The translations under genes were made by a program, and so were the position numbers. The notes beneath the pieces are model-generated. The model searched no databases, was not told the origin of the DNA, and worked only from the letters and a program-made list of their open reading frames with translations. A stretch of DNA of 64,000 nt, taken from the NCBI GenBank assembly GCA_001772615.1, contig MEUZ01000001.1, forward strand, positions 189,483-253,482. The letters run 5' to 3'. Shown in pieces: positions 46,625-55,487 of the stretch (position 1 is its first letter; every line of letters begins with the position of its first letter). The DNA comes from a candidate division WWE3 bacterium RIFCSPHIGHO2_01_FULL_40_23. Its GTDB lineage: Bacteria > Patescibacteriota > WWE3 > UBA101185 > 2-01-FULL-41-18.

Positions 46625-47761
46625 TTATTGTAAAGCTGCTGAACTCATAATCGTCAAAGACGGGTCGGCGATAACTTTTTCATAAGACACAGGTTTGAAA
46701 TTAAAGTGGGCGCAGGAGGCGATGTAAATTGCATTGTCGGTGCAAAGCTCAATTGGGGGAACAAACAATTTATGTGAAGTTTTTAAAAGCGCGTTTTTAA
46801 ATTTCTCCCTAAGATTAGTGTTAGCAGAAACACCGCCCGCAAGCATCACGGAGTTTACGTTATATTCTTTTGCGGCTTTAACGGTTTTTGCAACAAGGAC
46901 GTCCGTAATGGCTTCCTGGAATTCATAGGCGATTTCATAGGCATCACTATTAAATCCTGCACCCTGTTTGTCATTCCAGCGAAAGCCGGAATCTACGTTT
47001 TTAGATTCTGGCTGTCGCCAGAATGACGCTGCTGGACCAATCGCGGGATGGCGGTTTTTAACCTTGGCCATTACTGCTGTTTTAATGCCGGAAAACGAGA
47101 AATTAAAATCTTTGGATCCAATCATCGGCCTTTTAAAAGTAAAGCTTGTTTTAACTTCTCCTTTTTTAAGTGTCTCCTCCCAAACAAGGGCGGCTTTTGC
47201 TATGGCCGGGCCACCCATGTAAGGGGCAAGTCCCAAAAGCCTTGCAGACTTATCAAACGCTTCACCGCAGGCATCGTCCAGAGTGCCGCCAATGTATTTA
47301 AAATTCCCGTGACCTTTCATAAGTACAAGGTCGGTGTGCCCTCCACTCACTATCAGAACAACTGCAGGAAATTTTATTTCCGAAGGATCCTTATTAATAA
47401 AGTTACCGTATATGTGACCAACCAGATGGTTAACGGGTATAAGAGGCTTGCCCCAAGCAAGTGAAAGGGCTTTGGCAGTCTCCACCCCAACTATCAGGGA
47501 GCCAATTAAACCTGGTCCAACCGTAACAGCAATCGCAGATAGCCCTGCTGACTCAACGCCAGCTTTTAACAGACAGCCCTCAACCACGGGAATTATATAT
47601 TCAACTTGTTTTCTTGCTGCAACTTCGGGTATAACCCCTCCCGTTTTTAAATGAATGTCGGAGGAAGTCGCAAGAACGGAGGCTACAACTTCGCTGCCAT
47701 CCCTAACAACAGCTGCAGCGGTTTCATCGCATGAGGTCTCAATACCCAAAATCAAAGACAT
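46625..47761 (-). CDS. tsaD: t6A tRNA threonylcarbamoyltransferase TsaD with in-frame palindromic insertion
   Basis: GIETSCDET, GPGL, NHLVGH, VSGGHT, DDACGEAFDK, FSFSGIKT, GGVSAN, CTDNA. Confidence 0.97.
   Translation of the reverse strand: MSLILGIETSCDETAAAVVRDGSEVVASVLATSSDIHLKTGGVIPEVAARKQVEYIIPVVEGCLLKAGVESAGLSAIAVTVGPGLIGSLIVGVETAKALSLAWGKPLIPVNHLVGHIYGNFINKDPSEIKFPAVVLIVSGGHTDLVLMKGHGNFKYIGGTLDDACGEAFDKSARLLGLAPYMGGPAIAKAALVWEETLKKGEVKTSFTFKRPMIGSKDFNFSFSGIKTAVMAKVKNRHPAIGPAASFWRQPESKNVDSGFRWNDKQGAGFNSDAYEIAYEFQEAITDVLVAKTVKAAKEYNVNSVMLAGGVSANTNLREKFKNALLKTSHKLFVPPIELCTDNAIYIASCAHFNFKPVSYEKVIADPSLTIMSSAALQ
46970..47052. repeat. REP-like palindromic element within tsaD
   Basis: GTCATTCCAGCGAAAGCCGGAATCT...AGATTCTGGCTGTCGCCAGAATGAC plus degenerate CGCGGGATGGC. 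Confidence 0.85.
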
Positions 47762-47791
47762 AACAGAGAGTATACTACTGATTTTAGGGGC

Positions 47792-49111
47792 TTATTTTCC
47801 AAAGGATTTTTGGGCTGTGGAGAGAGCCTCCGAAGCAGGCTCGCCGGATAAAACGGTATTAACGGCGGTTTTAAGAAGGTCAACCTCTTTATCATTTCCC
47901 GATTTGGAGGAAAGGACACCGCTTTTTGCGGTCTCTGCCGTTTTAACGTAAACATCAAGATACGCGTTTCCCGACAAATCCCCCTGCAAAGATTTCAAAC
48001 TGTAAGGCTCCCCAAAAGGCCTTGCCTTTGACTGCTCGCTGTAAAGCTTTCTTTGAACCTCCTCGGTTGATAAATACTTTAAAAACTCCCACGCGGCATC
48101 AGGACTTGAACTGTTTTTAGAAACAGCCTCCATCCAGAAACTTCCCCAATCAATAACAATGGGGTTTCCTTCAAGATCCAAAGCTCTTGGAACAGGAGCA
48201 ATTCCCATATTAATATTAGGGTTTCTGTTTAGAATATTTAAAACTTCCCATGATGGCGCAAAAACCATTGCCACTTTGTTGTCTGCAAAAGCCTCTACCG
48301 ACGGTGGCAAAACATCACTCCACACTTTCTCAACAGTCACAAAATTAGTGTAAAAGGTAAGAGCGTCCGCCGCGGCCTGGCTGTTTAAGTCGTCAGGAAC
48401 CTTTATACCTCCCTGTGAAAAAAGGAGCCCAAGAATTGAAGAAAAATGGTCTATGTTATTGGCCGAACCTATTGCTGCGCCCGCTACCTCCAGGTTTCCG
48501 GCCTTATCTTTCTTTGCAAGCCTGGAAGCCACGATCCTAAATTCCTCCCAGGTCGCAGGAGGTGAGGAAATGCCACCTTCGTTAAACATCTGTTTGTTAT
48601 ACAAAAGAGCGAGACCATCATAATGAAGGGGGACCGCGTAAACCTTGCCCTCGGAAACGGCGCTCTCTTTAGCCACGGGATAAAACATATTTTCATAATC
48701 GGTGGCTGAAAAAATACTTGAAGGGGCAGGAGAAAGGTTTCCCTGTAAGGAAGGAACCCAGGAATTATGAACGCGTATGATATCAGGCGCGGAACCTTCC
48801 GAAAGCCTTGTAAAAATAGACTCTTTATAGCTTTTCAGGCTTACAAAAGACCTCTCCTCATACATAATGTCAACATTCGGGTGCATTTTTTTGTAGTCGG
48901 CGATAACCGAGTCCATCACCTCTTTGGGCTCCCACAAACCCCACATTGTAAGACTTGCAGGCTTTCCCGTAACTCCAGGCTTTGAACCAAGGTATTTCCC
49001 AACCACAGGAATGTCCTGCAAAGAGCATGCTGTAAGAAGTACTGAAGTTAACAAAAGAAGGAACAAAACCCTTAATTTAGGTAGGGGCAAGGCTTTTTTC
49101 ATGTAAAACAA
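47792..49111 (-). CDS. sugar-type ABC transporter substrate-binding lipoprotein
   Basis: LLTAC lipobox, APDI, YAVP...D.LAL.YNK, PPATWEE, AWEFLKYL. Confidence 0.9.
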   Translation of the reverse strand: MFYMKKALPLPKLRVLFLLLLTSVLLTACSLQDIPVVGKYLGSKPGVTGKPASLTMWGLWEPKEVMDSVIADYKKMHPNVDIMYEERSFVSLKSYKESIFTRLSEGSAPDIIRVHNSWVPSLQGNLSPAPSSIFSATDYENMFYPVAKESAVSEGKVYAVPLHYDGLALLYNKQMFNEGGISSPPATWEEFRIVASRLAKKDKAGNLEVAGAAIGSANNIDHFSSILGLLFSQGGIKVPDDLNSQAAADALTFYTNFVTVEKVWSDVLPPSVEAFADNKVAMVFAPSWEVLNILNRNPNINMGIAPVPRALDLEGNPIVIDWGSFWMEAVSKNSSSPDAAWEFLKYLSTEEVQRKLYSEQSKARPFGEPYSLKSLQGDLSGNAYLDVYVKTAETAKSGVLSSKSGNDKEVDLLKTAVNTVLSGEPASEALSTAQKSFGK

Positions 49112-50351
49112 TTGTAGATAACCCCATACCCAGTGTCAACCAAGTAAGAATAAACCCTTGCTGAATAGTAAAGGGGTAATGATCAAAAGTGCCGATAAAA
49201 AACACCTCTAAAATTAAAATAAGAGGAAAAACTTCATGCCCTTTAGATAAAACCTTCATAAAAATGAGGTATAAAAACCCCGAAAAAAACACAAGAGTTA
49301 CTATTCCTGACTCCGAAGCGACTAAATAAAACACGTTATGAACAGGCTGAATAAACTTGATAATACCCCTAACCCCACCGTATTTTTCAAGATTTATGGT
49401 AAACATATTCAAGCCGACTCCTGTCAAAGGATTACCTTTAATCATCTTCACACTGGCTTTTAAAAGATCGTCTCTTCTATAAATTGAGGCTCTTTCGGAT
49501 TTAATCTCATTCATAACAACGGGGAGGAAGAGATTTAAAAAAATGATCAGGAAAAAAGCTCCTTTAAAAAGGAACTCTTTCTTAAATCTCCTTAAAAGAA
49601 CGAGCAGAGAAACTCCCAGAAAGAAAGCCAAAATAGAAGAGGTGCTTAAAGTCAAAAATAAGACCAGCAGCCCGTAAAGAAAAGCGAGAACTTGAAAAAG
49701 AGACAGCCTTTTTGATTTAAAAAAAGAATAAAGGAGTATGGATAAAGAAATCGCAAGAAACCCGCCAAGGACGTTTGGGTGGGGGAGTGTACCGTAAGGC
49801 GGTATAACAGCTCTTCCAAAAAATCCCTCATAAGAAACACCTAAGGTCCTGTAAGTGTAGGGTATTTCTCCAAAAAACAAGTAGTTACTAAACAAAGAAG
49901 CTTTTTTAACCCATTGGGCAAAACCTAAGAAGCTTTCAAAAAACAATGGAAATGAAATTACTCCAGCAAGTTTTTTAAGATCTCTTTCAATAGAAAAATT
50001 AAGTGAAACATAAAGAAAAAGGAAAATAAATTCATAAATTTTAACCAGTTTATACAAGGAAGGATAAGAAAAAACGCTGAAAGAAACGGAAACTATATAA
50101 AGAAAAAGAAAAGCAAAAAGAGGAAGAACCCCTGAAGTAAATCTGTATCTGGGCCTGTTTTTAATGATGTCAAGATCAAAAAGAATGAAAATGCCAATAA
50201 TTATCAAATCCGTTACATAAAAAGTGGGGATCAGGTAGTCAACAAGAATATTGGAAGTGTAAGACCAGTTAAAAATGAAGTGTTTCCCAAGATTAACCGG
50301 AAGGAAAAATATTAAAGAAAAAAAGAGGAATGTATGAAGCCTCTTTAGCAT
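49077..50351 (-). CDS. O-antigen ligase-family membrane protein
   Basis: PYGTLPHPNVLGG, R......GVGLN.F, QPVHN, FDHY. Confidence 0.87.
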   Translation of the reverse strand: MLKRLHTFLFFSLIFFLPVNLGKHFIFNWSYTSNILVDYLIPTFYVTDLIIIGIFILFDLDIIKNRPRYRFTSGVLPLFAFLFLYIVSVSFSVFSYPSLYKLVKIYEFIFLFLYVSLNFSIERDLKKLAGVISFPLFFESFLGFAQWVKKASLFSNYLFFGEIPYTYRTLGVSYEGFFGRAVIPPYGTLPHPNVLGGFLAISLSILLYSFFKSKRLSLFQVLAFLYGLLVLFLTLSTSSILAFFLGVSLLVLLRRFKKEFLFKGAFFLIIFLNLFLPVVMNEIKSERASIYRRDDLLKASVKMIKGNPLTGVGLNMFTINLEKYGGVRGIIKFIQPVHNVFYLVASESGIVTLVFFSGFLYLIFMKVLSKGHEVFPLILILEVFFIGTFDHYPFTIQQGFILTWLTLGMGLSTIVLHEKSLAPT

Positions 50352-50690
50352 AGCCTATTTGTAACATGATATAGGGCATCGTATCAAGAGAGTTTGCAAA
50401 CCCCCTTTCATTTCTACTCTTGTATTACATATTTAGAAGTTACAGATATAGGGGATGTGGTTAAGTGAATTTCGGGTAATTTAACCTTTTGTTAATACCA
50501 TACCAATAACGGTTTGTGTTTATATGCAGTACTTTATTGCCAAATTAATCTAAAAAACCCGAAGCTTGTTACTGTGATAACTTAAAAAGATGTTGAAAAA
50601 GATAAAAACCTTGTGGAAACCTTTGTGGATAAACAAGCCAACTTGTCCACAATGCATGCTTTGCCGTTTTTATGCTCTGACTAATCCACA
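50352..50690. promoter_or_regulatory. oriC region downstream of dnaA with DnaA boxes
   Basis: TGTGGATAA 50624-50632 (perfect), TGTGGAAAC 50612, TTGTCCACA 50643, TGTGGTTAA 50456; AT-rich, gene-free. Confidence 0.8.
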
Positions 50691-52054
50691 TTTATATTAA
50701 GAGTCCTTTTTATATTTACAATGTCCTGCCTTAGCCTTGTGTCGGCGTTTATTTCTTTCTCTATTTTTTCAGATCCGTGCATTATCGTTGTATGATCTCT
50801 TCCTCCGAGGAGATCACCTATTGCCATAAACGGCGTTCCCGAATATTTCTTTAAAAGAAACATGGAGACCTGCCTTGGAAGGACATACTCTTTAAGCCTT
50901 TTTGGTCCTTTTAAGTCAGTCATTTTTATGCTGTAGTAATTGCAGACTGCTTTTAGCACCTCGTTAATATTCACATTTATTTTCCCAGGTATTACCTGGC
51001 CTAAAACTTTGGCGCTGTACTCCTTTGTGACTGCTAGCCCTTCCGCTTTTGCTTGCGTTATTATCTGAAGAAAAGCCCCCTCAAGCTCTCTGATATTCGT
51101 CTCTACAATCTGGGCAATATAATCAACTACATCGTTCTCTACCTCTGCCCGCATCTGATTTCTTTTCTCTCTTAAAATTGCGCTTCTTGTTTCCACATCC
51201 GGTTTTTGCATGTCAGCCACTACCCCACTTGAAAATCTTGATGTTATCCTTACATCAAGCCTTGAAAGCTCTTTCGGCGGCCTATCCGACGTGAGAACTA
51301 TCTGTTTTTGCGCCATGTATAAAGCGTTAAAGGTGTGAAAGAACTCCTCCTGCGTTGCCTCCCCTCTTCCCGCTATAAACTGTATGTCATCAATTAGAAG
51401 CACATCGGCTTTTCTGAATTTGTTTCTAAATTTATTTGCAATGTAGTTTTTATTCCGCCCCTCCTGAATAGCCTCAATAAGTTCGTTCATAAAAGATTCG
51501 GCGGTTGCATAAACTACTTTTGTTTTAGGAGCGCTTTTTAAAATATGATTTCCGATGGCTTGGATCAGATGCGTTTTCCCAAGGCCGACGCCTGCATGGA
51601 GGAAGAACGGGTTATAGACCTTTCCCGGATTTTCGGTTATAGCTGTTGCTATTGCGTGGGCGAGCCTGTTGCTTGGGCCTACTATGAATGTTTCAAATGT
51701 ATATTTTTGAGAAAGATTATTGTATTCATCCAGATTTTCTCTGGAAGCGCTTTCTTTGATTTTTGCAGGTACAAACAAAGGGAGGTCGTCCGTTTTAGTC
51801 TCCACTTTCTGTTCGTCAACTTTAAAGATGATTTGGTAGTTTCCGTTTCCTATTCTATCCAGGGTGTTTTTTAGAAGACCATAAAACTTTTTGTTTAAAT
51901 AATCTTTTACATGGTTGCTCGGACAAACTATTTCAAAGGTGCTTTCACTGCAGTCACCAACCTTTGTAGGATAAAAGTATGCCTTATAAATTAATTCGGT
52001 CAGCACTGTTTGGAGCTCACCCAGTGCCGCTTTGTAAAGATCGGAAGGATTCAT
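50681..52054 (-). CDS. dnaA: chromosomal replication initiator DnaA
   Basis: YNPFFL..GVGLGKTHL, LLIDDIQF, QEEFFHTFN, NIRELEGA, GGRDHTT. Confidence 0.99.
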   Translation of the reverse strand: MNPSDLYKAALGELQTVLTELIYKAYFYPTKVGDCSESTFEIVCPSNHVKDYLNKKFYGLLKNTLDRIGNGNYQIIFKVDEQKVETKTDDLPLFVPAKIKESASRENLDEYNNLSQKYTFETFIVGPSNRLAHAIATAITENPGKVYNPFFLHAGVGLGKTHLIQAIGNHILKSAPKTKVVYATAESFMNELIEAIQEGRNKNYIANKFRNKFRKADVLLIDDIQFIAGRGEATQEEFFHTFNALYMAQKQIVLTSDRPPKELSRLDVRITSRFSSGVVADMQKPDVETRSAILREKRNQMRAEVENDVVDYIAQIVETNIRELEGAFLQIITQAKAEGLAVTKEYSAKVLGQVIPGKINVNINEVLKAVCNYYSIKMTDLKGPKRLKEYVLPRQVSMFLLKKYSGTPFMAIGDLLGGRDHTTIMHGSEKIEKEINADTRLRQDIVNIKRTLNINVD

Positions 52055-52095
52055 AAAGGTTGTATTTTTGGCAGGAACACCTCTACTTTATAAAG

Positions 52096-52104
52096 TTATC
52101 CACA
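52096..52104 (+). promoter_or_regulatory. perfect DnaA box in the dnaA-rpmH intergenic region
   Basis: TTATCCACA. Confidence 0.85.
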
Positions 52105-52163
52105 ATTTTGTCAATGACTTTTAAATTGACTAACCCTCCCTTCTTGTATAGTATTCTTAGGTT

Positions 52164-52316
52164 ATGCCAAAGAGAACATACCAGCCGAAAAAGAGAAAAA
52201 GGGCAAAAAAGCACGGCTTTATGAAAAGGATGTCAGGGCCCGGCGGAAGAAACGTTTTGAAAAGGAGAAGAGCTAAAGGCAGAGCCGCCCTTACCGTTTC
52301 AAAACACTCAAAATAA
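52164..52316 (+). CDS. rpmH: 50S ribosomal protein L34 (absent from the ORF track)
   Basis: [23 protein letters not shown]...[10 protein letters not shown]. Confidence 0.97.
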   Translation: MPKRTYQPKKRKRAKKHGFMKRMSGPGGRNVLKRRRAKGRAALTVSKHSK

Positions 52317-52708
52317 TGCTACCAAAAAACTTAAGGATTACCGATAAGTTTGACTTTAATAAAGTAAAGCGCTTTGGAAAAGTAATCCATAGCCCGCTTT
52401 TTATTCTCTCTTATCTTATTGACGGTAAAAACGAAAAGTACCCTTCAAGATTTGGGGTTATTATTACTAATAAGATAGAAAAAAGATCAGTAAAGAGGCA
52501 CAGGGCGAAACGGATACTGATCGATCTTATTTATAAAAATCTTGACAGGTTTCCTGGAAAAGGTATGTATGTTTTTATTGGCAAGCCTTTTATAACGGAA
52601 AAAAACTATGAAGAAATATCTTTTGAATTTAATCAGGTTTTATCAAAAATACCTGTCTTTGGATCAGGGGATGCTTCGCGACCTTCTTTTTCCAAATTCA
52701 AGCATTAG
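52316..52708 (+). CDS. rnpA: RNase P protein component
   Basis: MLPK.LRI...[21 protein letters not shown]; synteny. Confidence 0.92.
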   Translation: MLPKNLRITDKFDFNKVKRFGKVIHSPLFILSYLIDGKNEKYPSRFGVIITNKIEKRSVKRHRAKRILIDLIYKNLDRFPGKGMYVFIGKPFITEKNYEEISFEFNQVLSKIPVFGSGDASRPSFSKFKH

Positions 52709-52853
52709 GATTTGTAGGTTTTACCCCTCCTGTTCGGAGTATACGTACCAGGCAGTTGAAAAATATGGTATTTTAACGGGTGGTCTTAAGGGCCTTTTAA
52801 GGGTGTTAAGATGCAACCCCCTTTCAAAGGGTGGGGAGGATCCTCTTCTATGA
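52608..52853 (+). CDS. yidD: membrane protein insertion efficiency factor YidD
   Basis: [24 protein letters not shown]. Confidence 0.95.
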   Translation: MKKYLLNLIRFYQKYLSLDQGMLRDLLFPNSSIRICRFYPSCSEYTYQAVEKYGILTGGLKGLLRVLRCNPLSKGGEDPLL

Positions 52854-53647
52854 TTAAAGCTTTAGGCTATGTTTGGAATTTACTTCTGGTTTCACCGTTA
52901 TTAAACCTTGTTGTTTTCTTTTATAAAATTTTTGACTTTAATATGGGGCTTGCCATTATCGCGGTGTCCATTCTTGTAAAGCTTGTTACCCTTCCGTTTA
53001 CCCACTCTTCACTTAAAGTTATGCAAAAGCATAAAGATCTTATGCCCGAGCTTGAGAAACTTAAGAAAAAATATGGGCATGATAAGACAAGGCTTGCCGA
53101 AGAACAGCTTAAGCTGTACAAGGATATGGGGATAAATCCCGCTTCAGGATGTCTTACCCAGATTGTTCCCATCCTTATGATAATTGCTCTCTTTTCCGTT
53201 ATAAACATTTTCTTTGGCAACCATTCTTCTTCGTTGGAAGCTATAAACACGCTTATTTATCTTGACTTTTTAAAAATTCCGCAGGGAAGCTCTATTAACC
53301 CGGGGTTTTTATACCTTAATCTTTCAAAACCGGATCCGTTTTTTATTCTTCCGGTACTCTCCGCGCTCTTGCAATTTCTGACATCCAAAATGATGATGCC
53401 TACTTTGTCGGAGGCTGAAAAGCTTGCTAAAAAAGCCGATGACGTTAAAGATGATGTTATGTATAATATGCAGGAGCAGATGTTATACACTGCTCCTATA
53501 ATCTTTTTGATTGTAGGTTTGAAACTGCCTTCAGGAGTTGTTCTTAATATATTTGTGACAACCCTGTTTTCATTAATACAGCAATATTTTGTTTCCGGTT
53601 TGGGGGGCTTAAAACCTCTTCTCGGAAAGTTTGGGATAAAAACATGA
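52850..53647 (+). CDS. yidC: membrane protein insertase YidC
   Basis: [25 protein letters not shown]; ATGA overlap with yidD. Confidence 0.93.
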   Translation: MIKALGYVWNLLLVSPLLNLVVFFYKIFDFNMGLAIIAVSILVKLVTLPFTHSSLKVMQKHKDLMPELEKLKKKYGHDKTRLAEEQLKLYKDMGINPASGCLTQIVPILMIIALFSVINIFFGNHSSSLEAINTLIYLDFLKIPQGSSINPGFLYLNLSKPDPFFILPVLSALLQFLTSKMMMPTLSEAEKLAKKADDVKDDVMYNMQEQMLYTAPIIFLIVGLKLPSGVVLNIFVTTLFSLIQQYFVSGLGGLKPLLGKFGIKT

Positions 53648-54114
53648 ACCCTTCTGAAGATATAATATCTGAAATCAAAGAAATTATTGAAAAGATGCTT
53701 TATTTCATAGGCGTTTCGGCAAGGAGCGATGTGTATTTGGAAACAAATGAGAATGGAGAAGTTTACAGGGTGGATCTTTCGGGAGACGACCTTGGCGCCC
53801 TTATCGGTTACCATGGAGAAGGTCTTTTAGCTCTTCAGACAGTCCTCGCTTTAATGGTTGCGAAAAAGTTTGATAAGTTCTTTTATATAAATGTGGACGT
53901 GAACGGTTACAGGCAAGAAAGAGAGGAAAGGCTTAAAGATATGACAAAAAGGGCTGTTGATAAGGTTTTGTTTTCACTTTCTCCCGTTGAACTTCCACCG
54001 ATGGGTGCGTCGGAAAGAAGACTTATCCATATGGAGGTTTCAAAGCACCGGGGTGTCGCGTCTGAAAGCACGGGAGAGGGATTTGGGAGAAGGGTTGTAA
54101 TTAAACCGTCGTAA
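53644..54114 (+). CDS. jag: Jag/KhpB RNA-binding protein (KH + R3H)
   Basis: LIGYHGE.L.ALQ, DVNGYR, ERRLIH, SESTGEG..RRVV. Confidence 0.92.
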   Translation: MNPSEDIISEIKEIIEKMLYFIGVSARSDVYLETNENGEVYRVDLSGDDLGALIGYHGEGLLALQTVLALMVAKKFDKFFYINVDVNGYRQEREERLKDMTKRAVDKVLFSLSPVELPPMGASERRLIHMEVSKHRGVASESTGEGFGRRVVIKPS

Positions 54115-54122
54115 TTATTAAT

Positions 54123-55250
54123 ATGAAATTTACCTGTCTTCAGGAAAATCTTGTAAAAGGTCTTTCAACCGTGGGTAAGGCCGTTTCTTTAAAAGGATCT
54201 CTTCCCGTACTCTCAAATGTTCTTATTTCTTCGGATAACGGCAGGCTTAAATTATCAGCGACTAATCTTGAGACTGCGATAACGACTTGGATAGGTGCTT
54301 CCATTGACAGAGAGGGTGCTGTTACCATTCCGGCCAGGATTTTATCAGAGTTTGTTTCAAACCTCCCACCTTCCAGCATTGTGGGTGAGGTTGAGGGAAA
54401 TATCCTTAAACTTTCGTGCGAAAAAGCTTTATCCAAGTTTAACGGGCTTGACGCTTCAGAGTTTCCCGACCTTCCTGTGTTTACGGAGGATTCCCATTTG
54501 AATATTGACTCAAAGCTATTTGGAGAAGCCGTTTTGGAGGCCGCTTTTGCCGCTGCGGTGGATGAAAGCAGGCCAGTTTTAACGGGCGTTTTGGTAAATG
54601 CTTCAAAGGACGGTCTGTATATGGTTTCAGTGGATGGGTTCAGGCTTGCTGAAAAGATTGTTTCCCTTAACGGGAAAAACCTTAAAAAACCTTTCCTCGC
54701 CGTTATCCCTGCAAAAACTCTTCTTGAGGTCGCAAGGCTTGTCGGATCGCTGAAAGATCCTCTTGAAATTTCTCTAAGTGAAGAGGGCAATCTTGTAATT
54801 TTTAAAGTCGGAGATGTCCTTATAACATCCCGTACGATAGATGGAGACTTTCCGGAGTATAAAAAACTTATACCTGAAAAGGACAAGGGGACTACTGTTG
54901 TAAAACTTCCTGCAAAAGATTTTGTTAATGCTTTAAGGCTTTCTAATGTTTTTGCCAAAGAAGCTTCAAGCGTTGTCAGGATTAAAGTTGATTCTTCCGA
55001 GAACGCTGTTTTTGTTTTATCTTCAAACTCGGAAGTCGGAGAAAATAACAGCAAAGTTTCCGCCGAGGTTTCAGGCAAAGATATGGAAGTTGCCTTTAAC
55101 TCAAAGTTTATTATGGATGTTTTTAATAATGTGAAGTCTGACGAGTTTGTTTTCTCCCTCCCTGAAAAGATAGGCCCCGGTGTCCCGGGCGTTTTTAAGC
55201 CCTCCGAAAGGGATGATCATACTTACCTCGTAATGCCCATGCAATTCTAA
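54123..55250 (+). CDS. dnaN: DNA polymerase III beta clamp
   Basis: LPVLSN, ATNLE, SRPVLTG, DGFRLA, FPEY, AFN.KF, VMPM. Confidence 0.97.
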   Translation: MKFTCLQENLVKGLSTVGKAVSLKGSLPVLSNVLISSDNGRLKLSATNLETAITTWIGASIDREGAVTIPARILSEFVSNLPPSSIVGEVEGNILKLSCEKALSKFNGLDASEFPDLPVFTEDSHLNIDSKLFGEAVLEAAFAAAVDESRPVLTGVLVNASKDGLYMVSVDGFRLAEKIVSLNGKNLKKPFLAVIPAKTLLEVARLVGSLKDPLEISLSEEGNLVIFKVGDVLITSRTIDGDFPEYKKLIPEKDKGTTVVKLPAKDFVNALRLSNVFAKEASSVVRIKVDSSENAVFVLSSNSEVGENNSKVSAEVSGKDMEVAFNSKFIMDVFNNVKSDEFVFSLPEKIGPGVPGVFKPSERDDHTYLVMPMQF

Positions 55251-55251
55251 C

Positions 55252-55487
55252 CCCTTTACTAACCATAATTACGAGCACGATAGAAATCAAAAACATATCT
55301 TCTCGAAGGCACGGGATCTCGCGGTACGTTACAGAACTGTGTATTCATTACTCGCGCGGCCCCTTCCTCTCGCCATTGCTATAAAAGTATTAATTCATAA
55401 ATACAAAGCAATGGCTGCGAGAATCCTTCTTTGAAGATATATTTTTGATTTCTGTTTGTTATGTTCGTAGTTCAGGTTAGTAAAGGG
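55252..55487. other. ~235-nt imperfect inverted repeat / rod-like hairpin (ncRNA or MITE-like)
   Basis: CCCTTTACTAACC...AGAAATCAAAAA..ATATCTTC pairs with GAAGATAT.TTTTTGATTTCT...GGTTAGTAAAGGG. Confidence 0.75.

Noticed and set aside
54140-55078. 312-aa antisense ORF over dnaN, and similar antisense ORFs over groEL, valS, virB4 and dnaA
   Set aside because: Shadow frames of well-supported genes with no recognisable motifs.
55252-55487. SRP (4.5S) RNA
   Set aside because: No SRP domain IV CAGG-GNRA-AGCA motif found on either strand.
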